A stretch of DNA of 64,000 nucleotides from Candidatus Bipolaricaulota bacterium. GTDB taxonomy: Bacteria; Bipolaricaulota; Bipolaricaulia; UBA7950; UBA9294. The notes under the pieces were generated by a model. It was not told where the DNA came from and ran no database searches. It was given only the letters and a program-made list of their open reading frames with translations. Where the stretch lies: assembly GCA_026390345.1 (NCBI GenBank), contig JAPLGD010000072.1:1128-65127 (forward strand). The letters are read 5' to 3'. Position numbers and translations under genes: made by a program. The first letter of the stretch is position 1; each line of letters starts with the position of its first letter. Of the stretch, positions 28,103-37,522 are shown piece by piece.

Positions 28103-29932
28103 CTAGGGCGTCGCCTTGGGAACCCTAGGCTTGGCTTTGGAAGCCTTGGGGTTCTCCTTGGAAGCCGTAGGGCTCCCCTCGGAACCCGCAGGGTTCCCTT
28201 TGGCCCGACGACGTTCGGTCGCACGGGCGTCGACGGCAAGGGCAAGGGGGTCTCCCGCGAGCACGACGCCGTAGACGCAGTCCGCTGCCTCACGGGACAC
28301 GTACCCGTTCTCGACATCGGCTCGGACCGCCTCCGGGGGACGCGTCATCGGATCGCCATAGCCGCCGCCCGTGCCCGTGATGAAGCGAACCAGGGTTCCG
28401 GCGGGCATGACTTCTCCGGACAAACGTCCGCGCCGGTCGATCCGGCCGTCGGGGTAGTAGACCTCAACACCGTTCGTGGACCCGTCGTGGCCGCCCGCGA
28501 ACCCCCACGGCGGGTACAGGTGGCGGCCGAAGCTCGCGGTCACCGACGCGCGTGAGTTCCGGATGCGGTAGTCCTTGACGATGCCGAGGCCGCCGCGCCG
28601 TGCCCCATGCCCGGCGTCCGCAGCGTGGAGCGCGAACTGTTCCACGAGAAGCGGGTAGCGCGTCTCGGCGACCTCGGCGGAGAGGATGTACGTCTCGCCG
28701 TCGTTCGTACAAACGAGGGCGCTCTCCCCGTCCTTTCCCGCGGCCGCGCCCCACCCCCCCGCGTTGGGCTCGACGGAGAAGAACCACTCCCCCGTCTCGT
28801 CGGAAATCCCGCTGACGGTGGTCCCGCAGACCGAGAGGAAGTGGCCGGCGGGGATCCGGTCTGGAAGCGCCGCCGCAAGCGCTCTCCAGATGACGTCCCC
28901 GGAGTAGGCGTCCGACTCCCAGTAGGTGCTGATCGGGGCCGGGCGTTTCGGATTGAACACCGTGTCCTCGGGCACCACGATCCGAAGGGGAGCGAAGAAG
29001 CCCTCGTTCGGCGCCGCGTGGGGCGAAAGCACGCTCTGGTACGCGAACTTCACCGTGCTGATCAGAACCGAAAGCGGGCAATTGATCGGCCCGGCGCACG
29101 TCTTGCCGGTCCCCGTGAAGTCGACGACGAACTCGTCGTCGCTGAGGGTGACGCGGACGTGCACGGGGACCGGATCACCTCCGAGGCCGTCGTCGTCAAT
29201 GAACTCCTCGGCTTCGTAGACGCCGTGAGGCAGAGACCGGAGCTCCGCAAGGGCGTGGCGCCGACCCTGGTCGATCGAGATCTCGATGGCCTCGAGCACC
29301 GCCTCGACGCCGAACTTGCCGCACAACTCGGCCACGCGCCGGGCCGCGACGTGGAGCGACGCCGCCTGAGCGCGCATGTCGCCGAGGGTCAGCTCGGGAG
29401 CTCGCACGTTGCGGGCCACCATCTCAACGATGTCCTCGACCTCCTCGCCGGCGGAGACGAGGCGGACAACGGGAAACTGGATCCCTTCCTGATAGATGTC
29501 GGTGGCGCTCGGGGACCAGCTCCCGGGGTCCTTGCCACCGACGTCGTTCCAGTGTGCCTTGCTCGCCGCGAACAGGACCAACTCGCCGTTGAAGAAGACG
29601 GGCGCGACGAGAACAACATCGTTCTGATGCGTGGCGCCGCCCATGTACGGATCGTTGGTCATGAACACATCGCCGGGCCGAATGCGCCCGCGGAACTTGG
29701 CGAGCACGTCGCGGACGGCGTCGGTCAGAACCCCAATGAACGGCGGGATGCCGTTCGCCTGGGCGACCATGCGGCCCGCGCGATCGACCACGGCGCACCC
29801 GTAGTCGAGGACCTCGTAGATGACGGAGCTCTTTGCGGTGCGTCCGAGCGCCACAAACATCTGCTCCGCCGCAGAGACGAGCGCCCGCTTGATGACTTCG
29901 ACGGTGAACAGATCGACGGAGCGCGCGGTCAT
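28103..29932 (-). CDS. Hydantoinase B/oxoprolinase family protein (HyuB-like subunit) with a Lys/Pro-rich C-terminal tail.
   Basis: Trimmed to the ATG overlapping the hyuA stop (ATGA). N-terminus MTARSVDLFTVEVIKRALVSAAEQMFVALGRTAKSSVIYEVLDYGCAVVD. The 489-codon upstream extension of the ORF was rejected. The tail is KGNPAGSEGSPTASKENPKASKAKPRVPKATP. Confidence 0.85.
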   Translation of the reverse strand: MTARSVDLFTVEVIKRALVSAAEQMFVALGRTAKSSVIYEVLDYGCAVVDRAGRMVAQANGIPPFIGVLTDAVRDVLAKFRGRIRPGDVFMTNDPYMGGATHQNDVVLVAPVFFNGELVLFAASKAHWNDVGGKDPGSWSPSATDIYQEGIQFPVVRLVSAGEEVEDIVEMVARNVRAPELTLGDMRAQAASLHVAARRVAELCGKFGVEAVLEAIEISIDQGRRHALAELRSLPHGVYEAEEFIDDDGLGGDPVPVHVRVTLSDDEFVVDFTGTGKTCAGPINCPLSVLISTVKFAYQSVLSPHAAPNEGFFAPLRIVVPEDTVFNPKRPAPISTYWESDAYSGDVIWRALAAALPDRIPAGHFLSVCGTTVSGISDETGEWFFSVEPNAGGWGAAAGKDGESALVCTNDGETYILSAEVAETRYPLLVEQFALHAADAGHGARRGGLGIVKDYRIRNSRASVTASFGRHLYPPWGFAGGHDGSTNGVEVYYPDGRIDRRGRLSGEVMPAGTLVRFITGTGGGYGDPMTRPPEAVRADVENGYVSREAADCVYGVVLAGDPLALAVDARATERRRAKGNPAGSEGSPTASKENPKASKAKPRVPKATP

Positions 29933-31977
29933 GGGGTGGCCTCCTCGACGAGGATCAGGTTGCCGAACCGGTCTCGCCGCACCGTCTGTCCCGGCAGAAC
30001 GACCGTCGTCGACGCCGGCTCCTCGATGACGGCGGGGCCCTCGATCGCACGATCGACAGGAATCCGGTCCCGTTCGAAGACGCGCGCGCTCACCCATCCA
30101 AGGCCCTCGTACTGCACCCGACGGTCCTTCTTCCGCGCCGCGGAGAGCGAGGTCGACCCGGCGTCGACCTCGCGCAGCGACGGCTTGCGCACCGTTCCCC
30201 AAGCGGCCACGTGGTAGTTGACGACCTCGACGGGATCGGCGAGCCGGAACGCGTACGCGCGCTCGTGCAGGGCGTGGAACCGCTCGAGGAGGCGGTCGAG
30301 GTCGTCGTCCTCGAGGATCGGAGTGAGGACGGCGTGCTCCTGCCCTGCGTACCGCAGATCCACGTACTGCTGCGCCCAGGCTCGCTCGACGACCACGCGT
30401 TCCTCGGCAAAGCTGCGCAGCGCCTCGGAGGTCAGATCGCCGATCTCGGAGCGCACGTGCTCCCACGTCGCAGGGTTGCACGGCGTCACGCGGGTCCGGA
30501 CGAAGTCCTGGCGCAAGTCGGTGAGGAGCATTCCCCACGCGGAGAACTGGCCCGGCGCGGCGGGGATGAGGATCGTGCCGACGTGGAGCTGCCGCGCGAG
30601 CGACGACGCGTGGAGTCCACCAGCGCCGCCGTAGGCGACCAAGGCGAAGTCGCGCGGGTCGTGTCCGCGCTCTACGGTGACACGCTCCAGCGCGGCCTGC
30701 ATGTTGGCGTTCACCAGGCGCAGAATTCCCATCGCCGCGTCGTCCTCGCCGAGACCGACCCGTTCGCCGAGTGACGCGACCGCGCGGCGGGCGCTCTCGC
30801 CGTTCAGCGTCATTCGCCCAGCCAGGAAGTAGTCGGCATCGAGTCGGCCGGCCAGGAGGTTCGCGTCCGTCACCGTGGGCAGGGTCCCCCCGCGGCCATA
30901 GCACGCAGGCCCGGGACTTGCCCCCGCGCTCCGCGGTCCGACGTGGAGCCCGCCTCCCTCGTCGAGCCACGCGATCGATCCCCCGCCGGCACCGACTTCG
31001 ACGATGTCGACGACGGGGATGCGAAGCGGATACCCGGCCCACGTCTGCGACCGCTCGAGGTGGTAGTCGGTCCGGATCGCAACCTCCCCGGACTCGATCA
31101 CGCTCACCTTGGCCGTGGTCCCCCCCATGTCGAACGCGATGCAGTTCTCCAAGCCCGCCTGCCGCGCCACGGCGGCCGCTCCGATGATTCCGCCGACCGG
31201 CCCCGACTCGACGAGGTGGATCGGCAGCCGCCGCGACCGGCCGAAGCTGCTCGTTCCCCCGTTCGACTGCATCGTCAGCATCGAGCCTCGCAGACCGCGA
31301 GCCTCGAGCTGCTCGGCCAACGAAGCGAGGTAGGCGTCCGCCACGGGGCGCACGTAGGCGTTGAGGACGGTGGTGTTCGTGCGCTCGTACTCCCGCCACT
31401 CGCGCGTCAGCTCGTGGGACGCCGACACCGGAATCCCCGGGCAGGCTTCCTCGAGAAGGCGCTTCGCGCGCGCCTCGTGCTCGACGTGCGCGTAGGCGTG
31501 GAGGAAGCAGACGGCGATCGCCTCAACGTCGCTGCGTTGGCACGCGGTGGCGACTTCGAGCACGTCCTCTTCGGAGAGCGGCTCGAGAACCTCGCCCTTC
31601 CACGTGACGCGCTCGCGGACCTCGAACCGCAGGGCCCGAGGTACGAACGGCGTGGGCTTGCGGTAGAGGAGGTTGTACATGTCCGTGCGGTTCGCGCGCT
31701 GGATCTCGAGGACGTCGCGAAAGCCCCGCGTGGTGACGAGGGCGACGCGGCACCCCGTCCGCTCGGTAAGCGCGTTGATGACCACGGTGGTCCCGTGGAC
31801 GAACTGGGAGACGTCGGCAAGATCCACGTTCCCTTGGGCAATCGCATCGAGGACGCCGTCGGCGAAGTTGCCGGGCGTCGTCAGCGTCTTTCCGAGGTCA
31901 AGCGCACCGGTTGACTCGTCCAGGGCGACCAGGTCGGTGAACGTGCCCCCGATGTCGACGGCGAGCCTCCGGCTCAC
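29929..31977 (-). CDS. Hydantoinase A/oxoprolinase family protein (HyuA-like subunit).
   Basis: N-terminus MSRRLAVDIGGTFTDLVALDE (ASKHA-fold glycine-rich motif). 682 residues. Its start overlaps the upstream ABC ATPase stop (ATGA). Confidence 0.85.
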   Translation of the reverse strand: MSRRLAVDIGGTFTDLVALDESTGALDLGKTLTTPGNFADGVLDAIAQGNVDLADVSQFVHGTTVVINALTERTGCRVALVTTRGFRDVLEIQRANRTDMYNLLYRKPTPFVPRALRFEVRERVTWKGEVLEPLSEEDVLEVATACQRSDVEAIAVCFLHAYAHVEHEARAKRLLEEACPGIPVSASHELTREWREYERTNTTVLNAYVRPVADAYLASLAEQLEARGLRGSMLTMQSNGGTSSFGRSRRLPIHLVESGPVGGIIGAAAVARQAGLENCIAFDMGGTTAKVSVIESGEVAIRTDYHLERSQTWAGYPLRIPVVDIVEVGAGGGSIAWLDEGGGLHVGPRSAGASPGPACYGRGGTLPTVTDANLLAGRLDADYFLAGRMTLNGESARRAVASLGERVGLGEDDAAMGILRLVNANMQAALERVTVERGHDPRDFALVAYGGAGGLHASSLARQLHVGTILIPAAPGQFSAWGMLLTDLRQDFVRTRVTPCNPATWEHVRSEIGDLTSEALRSFAEERVVVERAWAQQYVDLRYAGQEHAVLTPILEDDDLDRLLERFHALHERAYAFRLADPVEVVNYHVAAWGTVRKPSLREVDAGSTSLSAARKKDRRVQYEGLGWVSARVFERDRIPVDRAIEGPAVIEEPASTTVVLPGQTVRRDRFGNLILVEEATP

Positions 31978-32954
31978 GATGTCCGCTCCTGGGATCCGGG
32001 GTATAGGTGGCAGCGAACCACGTGCCCCGCCGCGACCTCCACCGTGGCTGGGTCGATCTTGTCACAGACGTCGAGCCGGCTCGGACAGCGCGAGTGGAAG
32101 CTGCATCCGGGAGGGATGTTCACCGGGCTCGGGATCTCGCCCCGCGAGATCCCCTTCGCCGGCTTCAGGCTCTCCTCCTCGTCCGAGACCACCGGGATCG
32201 ACGAGAGGAGCATCTTCGTGTACGGATGCAGCGGCATCTGGAAGAACTCGGCCGTGTTCGCGATCTCGCTCAGCTTCCCGAGGTACATGATCGCGACGCG
32301 CGACGCGACGTTTCGCATCAGCGACATGTCATGGGTGATGAACAGGTACGTGAGCCCCATCTCCTTCTGGAGTCCGAGGAGGAGGTTGATGATCTTCGCC
32401 TGGACCGAGACGTCGAGCGCCGACGTTGGCTCATCCAGAACGACGAACGAGGGGTCGGTGGCCAGAGCACGGGCGATGGCCACCATCTGCTTCTCCCCGC
32501 CGCCGATCGACTGCGGGTGCTTGTAGAGATACTCGGCCGGCGGAAGCTCCACACGCTCGAGGAGCGCGCTGATCCGCGCCACCTGCTCGCGCCCCGAGGC
32601 CAGGTGATGGACGGCGAGCGGTGTCGCCAGGATCTGCTTGATGGTCCGCTTCGGGTTGAGCGACGAGCCGGGGTCCTGGAACACGATCCGGATCTCGCGC
32701 TTCAGCTCCTTGCTGCGCTTTGCCGCCGTGGCGCCGATCGACTGCCCATGGAACAGAATGTCGCCCGTTGTGGGAGCGTAGATCCCGACCACGCACTGCG
32801 CCGTCGTCGTTTTCCCCGACCCCGATTCGCCCACGAGGCCGAGGGTGTCGCCGGGCGCCATCCGAAAGTCGATGTCGTCAACGGCGCGCACCGTGCCCCG
32901 CTTGGTGGGAAAGAACTTCGTCAGTCCGCGAGCTTCGAGGATGGGTTCGGTCAT
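31974..32954 (-). CDS. ABC transporter ATP-binding protein, OppF/DppF-like.
   Basis: Trimmed to MTEPILEARGLTKFF. Walker A GESGSGKTT, signature IGGGEKQM variant, Walker B VVLDEPTSALD. Confidence 0.85.
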   Translation of the reverse strand: MTEPILEARGLTKFFPTKRGTVRAVDDIDFRMAPGDTLGLVGESGSGKTTTAQCVVGIYAPTTGDILFHGQSIGATAAKRSKELKREIRIVFQDPGSSLNPKRTIKQILATPLAVHHLASGREQVARISALLERVELPPAEYLYKHPQSIGGGEKQMVAIARALATDPSFVVLDEPTSALDVSVQAKIINLLLGLQKEMGLTYLFITHDMSLMRNVASRVAIMYLGKLSEIANTAEFFQMPLHPYTKMLLSSIPVVSDEEESLKPAKGISRGEIPSPVNIPPGCSFHSRCPSRLDVCDKIDPATVEVAAGHVVRCHLYPGSQERTS

Positions 32955-33952
32955 GACGGGGACCTCCGGTACAGGTAGCAGGCCGCACGCTGGTCGGCTC
33001 CGACGTCCGACATCGGCGGCGCCTCGACCGAGCATTCAGGCATTCGATGGGGACAGCGGGGATGGAATCGGCACCCCGGTGGGGGTTCCAAGTAGTTCGG
33101 GATGCGACCCGGGATCCCCTCGCTGACGCCACGCCCCGTGAGTCGGGGCACGCTCGCCATCAACCCCTGCGTGTACGGGTGCTTCGGCGACGCGAGCAGC
33201 TGCCGCGTGGGTCCGGTCTCCACGATCGAGCCGGCGTACATGATGTAGATGCGCTGCGTCAGGTCGCGGACCACGCCCATCGAGTGCGTGATCATGAGGA
33301 CGGACGAGCCCTTCTGGTCGACGAGCCGATCGAGCTTGCGAAGAATCTGATCCTGGATCGTGACGTCGAGGTTGGTGGTCGGCTCGTCGGCGAGAAGGAG
33401 TCGCGCGGTCGTCGACAAGGCCTCCGCAATGCAAACGCGCTGGCGCATTCCCCCCGACAACTGGATCGGGTAGTTCGACATGATGCGCTCCGGATCCGGC
33501 ATCCCGGTCTCCTCGAGCGCCTGGATGCAGCGCGCTTCGATCTCTCGGCGCGACAGAACCCTCCCTTCCGGCGTGCGCATCGAGTCGCGAACGATGTCGC
33601 GAAGCTGTGAGCCGACTGTGAACACCGGGTTGAGCGACTGGAGCGGGTCCTGGAAGATGGCGGTCAACTCCTCCCGGCGCAACACGTGGAGCGCGCGGCG
33701 GTGCATCCTTAGCACGTCGCGTCCGCGGTAGAGGATCTCGCCGCTGGTCACTATCGCAGGAGGGATCGGCAACACGCGCAGCACCGATTTCACGGTCGTC
33801 GTCTTCCCGCACCCGGTTTCCCCGACCAGTCCGACTCGCTCGCCCTCGGCGACCCAGAGAGTGACGCCGGCCAGGACGCGCAGGTGGCCCTCGAAGATGC
33901 GAAAACCGACGTGGAGGTCCCGAATCTCGAGCAAAAGCGATGCGTTGGGCAT
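32951..33952 (-). CDS. ABC transporter ATP-binding protein, OppD/DppD-like.
   Basis: Trimmed to MPNASLLLEIRDL (333 residues). Walker A GETGCGKTT, signature LSGGMRQR, Walker B LLLADEPTTNLD. The 287-codon N-terminal extension of the ORF was rejected. Confidence 0.85.
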   Translation of the reverse strand: MPNASLLLEIRDLHVGFRIFEGHLRVLAGVTLWVAEGERVGLVGETGCGKTTTVKSVLRVLPIPPAIVTSGEILYRGRDVLRMHRRALHVLRREELTAIFQDPLQSLNPVFTVGSQLRDIVRDSMRTPEGRVLSRREIEARCIQALEETGMPDPERIMSNYPIQLSGGMRQRVCIAEALSTTARLLLADEPTTNLDVTIQDQILRKLDRLVDQKGSSVLMITHSMGVVRDLTQRIYIMYAGSIVETGPTRQLLASPKHPYTQGLMASVPRLTGRGVSEGIPGRIPNYLEPPPGCRFHPRCPHRMPECSVEAPPMSDVGADQRAACYLYRRSPS

Positions 33953-34848
33953 CAGACGTCCTCCACGGCGAAGACGTCGCGCAGTCCGTCTCCGATGAGG
34001 TTGAAGGCGAGGATGACGATCACGATGGCGAGCGCGGGGAAGATCGTCGACCACCACTCCGCCGGGAGGCGCTTCGCCCCCTCGGCGACCATGGTTCCGA
34101 GCGCGGGCTTGGGCGGCTGGACGCCGAGGCCGACGAAGCTGAGCGTCGACTCGATGAGAATGACGAGCCCCATGTCGAGCGTCATCTTCGTCATGATCGG
34201 AGCGAAGCAGTTGGGAAGGATTTCGCGGAACAGGATGTGGAACTGGCTCGCCCCGGTGAGCTCCGCCTCCTTCACGAAGTACTCGTTCCGAAGGGACGAC
34301 GCGAGCGAGAATACGAGACGCGAGTACCACGGCCACCAGACGAGGGCGATCGCCATCATCTGGTTGATCAGGTTCGGAGTCAGCATTGCCGTGATGGCAA
34401 GGGCCAGAACCAGCGGTGGCACCGCGAGGAAGACGTCGGTCACCCTCATGATCACGACCTCGACCCACGTTCCGCGGCGGTAGCCGGCAATGAGGCCGAG
34501 GATGACTCCGGGAGCCACTCCGAGGCCGAGCACGACGGCGCCGATCATGAGCGAGAAGCGGTACCCGAACAGGGTCCGGCTGAAAATGTCGCGGCCGATC
34601 CGGTCGGTCCCGAAGAAGTGTTGCGCGCTCGGTGCCTGGCTCGCATCGCGGAAGTTCGTGTACGCCTTGGCGTGCCCGGGGTACGGAGCGATGTACGGAG
34701 CGAAGATGGCCACGAACAAGACGAGGACGAGGATGACCAACCCCAAGACAGACAGCGGGTTGCGCGAGTACTTGTACCAGCCGTGGGCGAGGTTGCGCCG
34801 CCGCTGGCGCCAAGCGGCAAGGAGGTCGGCCTTCGTCGATTCACGCAT
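33952..34848 (-). CDS. ABC transporter permease, OppC/DppC-like.
   Basis: 298 residues with a transmembrane pattern and a C-terminal FNLIGDGLRDVFAVEDV. Its stop overlaps the ATPase start. Confidence 0.85.
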   Translation of the reverse strand: MRESTKADLLAAWRQRRRNLAHGWYKYSRNPLSVLGLVILVLVLFVAIFAPYIAPYPGHAKAYTNFRDASQAPSAQHFFGTDRIGRDIFSRTLFGYRFSLMIGAVVLGLGVAPGVILGLIAGYRRGTWVEVVIMRVTDVFLAVPPLVLALAITAMLTPNLINQMMAIALVWWPWYSRLVFSLASSLRNEYFVKEAELTGASQFHILFREILPNCFAPIMTKMTLDMGLVILIESTLSFVGLGVQPPKPALGTMVAEGAKRLPAEWWSTIFPALAIVIVILAFNLIGDGLRDVFAVEDV

Positions 34849-34851
34849 CGC

Positions 34852-35871
34852 CTACGCACCTCCCTGTCGAAGCCGAACGGTCGGATCGAGAAACATGATG
34901 ATGATGTCGACGATCAGGTTGACCAGAGCGAACGTGATCCCGATGACGAGGACCACAGCAACGATCGCGTTCAGGTCCTTGTTGAGCATCGCCGTCATGG
35001 CGTAGCGGGAGAACCCCGGCCACATGTACACAGTCTCCACGAGAAACGCGTTCGACATCAGGAACGCAAAGTCGAGGCCCATGACCGTGACCGTCGGGAT
35101 GATCGACGGGCGGAGCAAGTACTTGAACAGGATGCGCGAGGTGCGGATCCCGTGGACCTTGTGCAGGGTGATGTAGTCCTTCTGCATCGTTTCAACGATC
35201 GACGTTCGCGTGATGCGCCCTTCCTGAGCGATGTGAATCACGGCAAGGCTGAACGCGGGGAGGAGGAGGTGCTTGAGCGCTGTCACCGTCACGTCCAGGC
35301 GTCCGGCGAGGAGCCCATCGACCATCATGAACCCCGTTCGCACCGGGGGCGGCTGCATCATGATCGGGATCCTGCCGATCCCCGGAGCCAGCTTGAGCAC
35401 CTGGCTGAACACGAAGAGAAGCAGGATGGCGACCACGAACGAGGGGGTCGCGATCCCGAGGTAGGAGACGAGCCGAGAGACCCCATCGAACCACGAGTTG
35501 CGGAAATACCCGGCAAGCACTCCGGTGACCTGTCCAACCACGAAGGAGATCAACGTAGCGAACAGGATCAGTTCCAGCGTGGCCGGGATGTACTGCGCCA
35601 GATCGCTAGCCACCGATCGCCGCGTGTAGGACGATACGCCGAGGTCTCCGTGCAGCAGGGATCGGAGCCAGTAGTAGTACTGGACGGGAAACGAATCGTT
35701 CAGGTGCATCTGCTCCCGCACCCGCTCCACCTGTTCCTGCGACGCCAGAAGACCGAGCGCCTGGCGTGCGGGGTCGCCGGGGACGACGCGAGCAATGAAG
35801 AAGATCAGGAGGGAGAGCCCAAACAGGACGAACACCGACTGCAGGAGCCTGAGACCGATGTACTTGGCCAT
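34852..35871 (-). CDS. ABC transporter permease, OppB/DppB-like.
   Basis: 339 residues, N-terminus MAKYIGLRLLQSVFVLFGLSLLIFFIARVVPGDP, typical of family-5-associated permeases. Confidence 0.85.
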   Translation of the reverse strand: MAKYIGLRLLQSVFVLFGLSLLIFFIARVVPGDPARQALGLLASQEQVERVREQMHLNDSFPVQYYYWLRSLLHGDLGVSSYTRRSVASDLAQYIPATLELILFATLISFVVGQVTGVLAGYFRNSWFDGVSRLVSYLGIATPSFVVAILLLFVFSQVLKLAPGIGRIPIMMQPPPVRTGFMMVDGLLAGRLDVTVTALKHLLLPAFSLAVIHIAQEGRITRTSIVETMQKDYITLHKVHGIRTSRILFKYLLRPSIIPTVTVMGLDFAFLMSNAFLVETVYMWPGFSRYAMTAMLNKDLNAIVAVVLVIGITFALVNLIVDIIIMFLDPTVRLRQGGA

Positions 35872-35902
35872 GCTGTCCTTGCGCTCGGTTTCGAGCGACG
35901 AA

Positions 35903-35932
35903 GGAGGGCGAGACCCGGAGGTCTCGCCCTCC
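35903..35932 (-). promoter_or_regulatory. Intercistronic stem-loop (12 bp perfect stem ggagggcgagac/gtctcgccctcc, 6 nt loop) between the binding-protein and permease genes of the minus-strand operon.
   Basis: Palindrome read at 35903-35932. It is the third instance of a hairpin after a binding-protein gene in this window. Confidence 0.5.
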
Positions 35933-35941
35933 CGTTACGGG

Positions 35942-37522
35942 CTATCTGCCCATCGCCTCTTTCGCCTTCATGTTGATCCGCCACATGTGCATGTTCTCGC
36001 TCGGACCAATGAAGACGATGGTCTCCTGCGGCCCGACGATGTACGCCTGGCGGGCGAACAGGGTCGGCTTCTGATACGGATAGAACGCCAGCGCGTGCGA
36101 CGCGATCAGCGGCTGCACCTGCTCGTAGAGCGCGAGGCGCTTCGCTGAGTCGGGCTCCGCCCGCGTCGCGTCGAGAATCCGGATGATCTCGGGGTCGTCA
36201 AAGAACCAGTGAGCCTCGAAGATCCATCCGAGTCCCTTCGGCGCGAACATCGCGTACGTGTAGTAATCGTGCGTCGGCGCGGACTGTGGGCCGAACAGGA
36301 AGATCGTCATGTTCGGCGTCGTCTCGGGAGATGAGCACTCCGCGGAGTACTGCGGCCACGGGGGTCCGGTGACCTCCACCGTCACGCCGAGTTGCGCCAT
36401 GTCCGCCTGCAGTTGAAGCCCAACCTCTTCCTCGAACCCCAAGCCTCCGCAGAAGTGGAAGCTGACCTTGACGTTCTTCAGGTCCTTCGCGTACTTGGAG
36501 AGCGCCAACTCCTGGCGCGCCCGCTCGAGGTTCTGCTTGCGCGGCTGCGGGTCAATGGCCACGTACCCCGGCATGTTCGGCAGCAGGATGCCGGTTTCGC
36601 CGTTCCCGAACTGCATCCACGGGCCGACGATGCCCTCGTAGTCAAACGCGTAGAGGATCGCCTTGCGGAAGTGCTCGTCGTCGGTCGGCGGCACCTTGGA
36701 GTTCATCCACACCGTGACGTTCTGCGCCCAGACGCTCGAGAACGCGAGCGTCGAATCCTTCTTGATCTCCCCGAGCTGCGGCAGGGTCCAGCCGCCGTTG
36801 ATCTCGAGGTCGAGTCCGCCGCTCTTCAGGAGGGTCATCAGGGTCGTGTAGTCGGTCTCCATGATGAAGACCAACTGCTCGATCGGAACCTCGTCCGGTC
36901 CCCAGCCCGCGTTCGACCACCCCTCGAAGTAGTCCACGAACCGCACGGCGTCGAGGCGCTGGCCCGGGATGTGGCCGGTCATCCGATACGGACCGGTCCC
37001 GGCGTCGTGCGTCGTCAACCAGTCTTCGCCGTAGTCACCGAACTCTCCGTAGTTGCCAGCTTTGACGTTCGCAAGCACAACGGCCTTCTCCACCGGGAAG
37101 AACAGCACCAGGAGGTCCGGGAAGATGGCGCTCGGTTTGTCGAGAACGAAGTCGACAGTGTACCGGTCGACGACGGCCGCGGTAACCTTCCCCAGCGGGC
37201 CCGAGTTGCCCCGCCCCATCGCGATGAACCGCGTCATCGAGAACGCGACGTCCTCCGCCGTGAGCTCATTGCCCGAATGGAACTTCACTCCCTGCCGGAG
37301 CACGAACCTCCAGCGGGTGAAGTCTCCCCCGACCGGTTCCCAGCTCGTCGCCAGATGAGCCCGAACTCCGCCCTCCGGGGCGGGGTAGACGAGCGGGCTG
37401 TACAGGTTGTACATCGTCTCCGTGTCATACCAGTCCGACGCGGTGGCCGGGTCCGCCGTAATGACGGGGTACCCATTGATGACGGCCACGTTGTCCGTGG
37501 CGCCCAGCCTCGGAATCCTCAC
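35942..37522 (-). CDS. ABC transporter substrate-binding protein, family 5 (peptide), with no recognisable signal peptide as encoded.
   Basis: 526 residues with family-5 SBP motifs (ITADPATASDWYDTETMYN, MPGYVAIDPQ). The GTG start at 37522 is preceded by gagagaggtga. None of the three upstream frames encodes a hydrophobic signal region. Confidence 0.7.
   Translation of the reverse strand: MRIPRLGATDNVAVINGYPVITADPATASDWYDTETMYNLYSPLVYPAPEGGVRAHLATSWEPVGGDFTRWRFVLRQGVKFHSGNELTAEDVAFSMTRFIAMGRGNSGPLGKVTAAVVDRYTVDFVLDKPSAIFPDLLVLFFPVEKAVVLANVKAGNYGEFGDYGEDWLTTHDAGTGPYRMTGHIPGQRLDAVRFVDYFEGWSNAGWGPDEVPIEQLVFIMETDYTTLMTLLKSGGLDLEINGGWTLPQLGEIKKDSTLAFSSVWAQNVTVWMNSKVPPTDDEHFRKAILYAFDYEGIVGPWMQFGNGETGILLPNMPGYVAIDPQPRKQNLERARQELALSKYAKDLKNVKVSFHFCGGLGFEEEVGLQLQADMAQLGVTVEVTGPPWPQYSAECSSPETTPNMTIFLFGPQSAPTHDYYTYAMFAPKGLGWIFEAHWFFDDPEIIRILDATRAEPDSAKRLALYEQVQPLIASHALAFYPYQKPTLFARQAYIVGPQETIVFIGPSENMHMWRINMKAKEAMGR

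Noticed and set aside
27958-28317. A 120-codon N-terminal extension of the glycyl radical enzyme activase ORF (27013..28317).
   Set aside because: The extension overlaps the hyuB 3' end and intergenic DNA and is Pro/Arg-rich junk. The conserved activase N-terminus begins at Met 27957.
29933-31399. A 489-codon N-terminal extension of the hyuB ORF (28103..31399).
   Set aside because: It reads through hyuA in another frame. The authentic HyuB start is the ATG overlapping the hyuA stop (29932).
33953-34813. A 287-codon N-terminal extension of the OppD-like ATPase ORF.
   Set aside because: It is an out-of-frame read through the upstream permease gene. The true start MPNASLLLEIRDL is coupled to the permease stop.
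33940-35976. A 678-residue plus-strand ORF antisense to the permease genes.
   Set aside because: It has Asp/Glu/Arg/His-rich nonsense composition and fully overlaps two conserved permease genes on the other strand.
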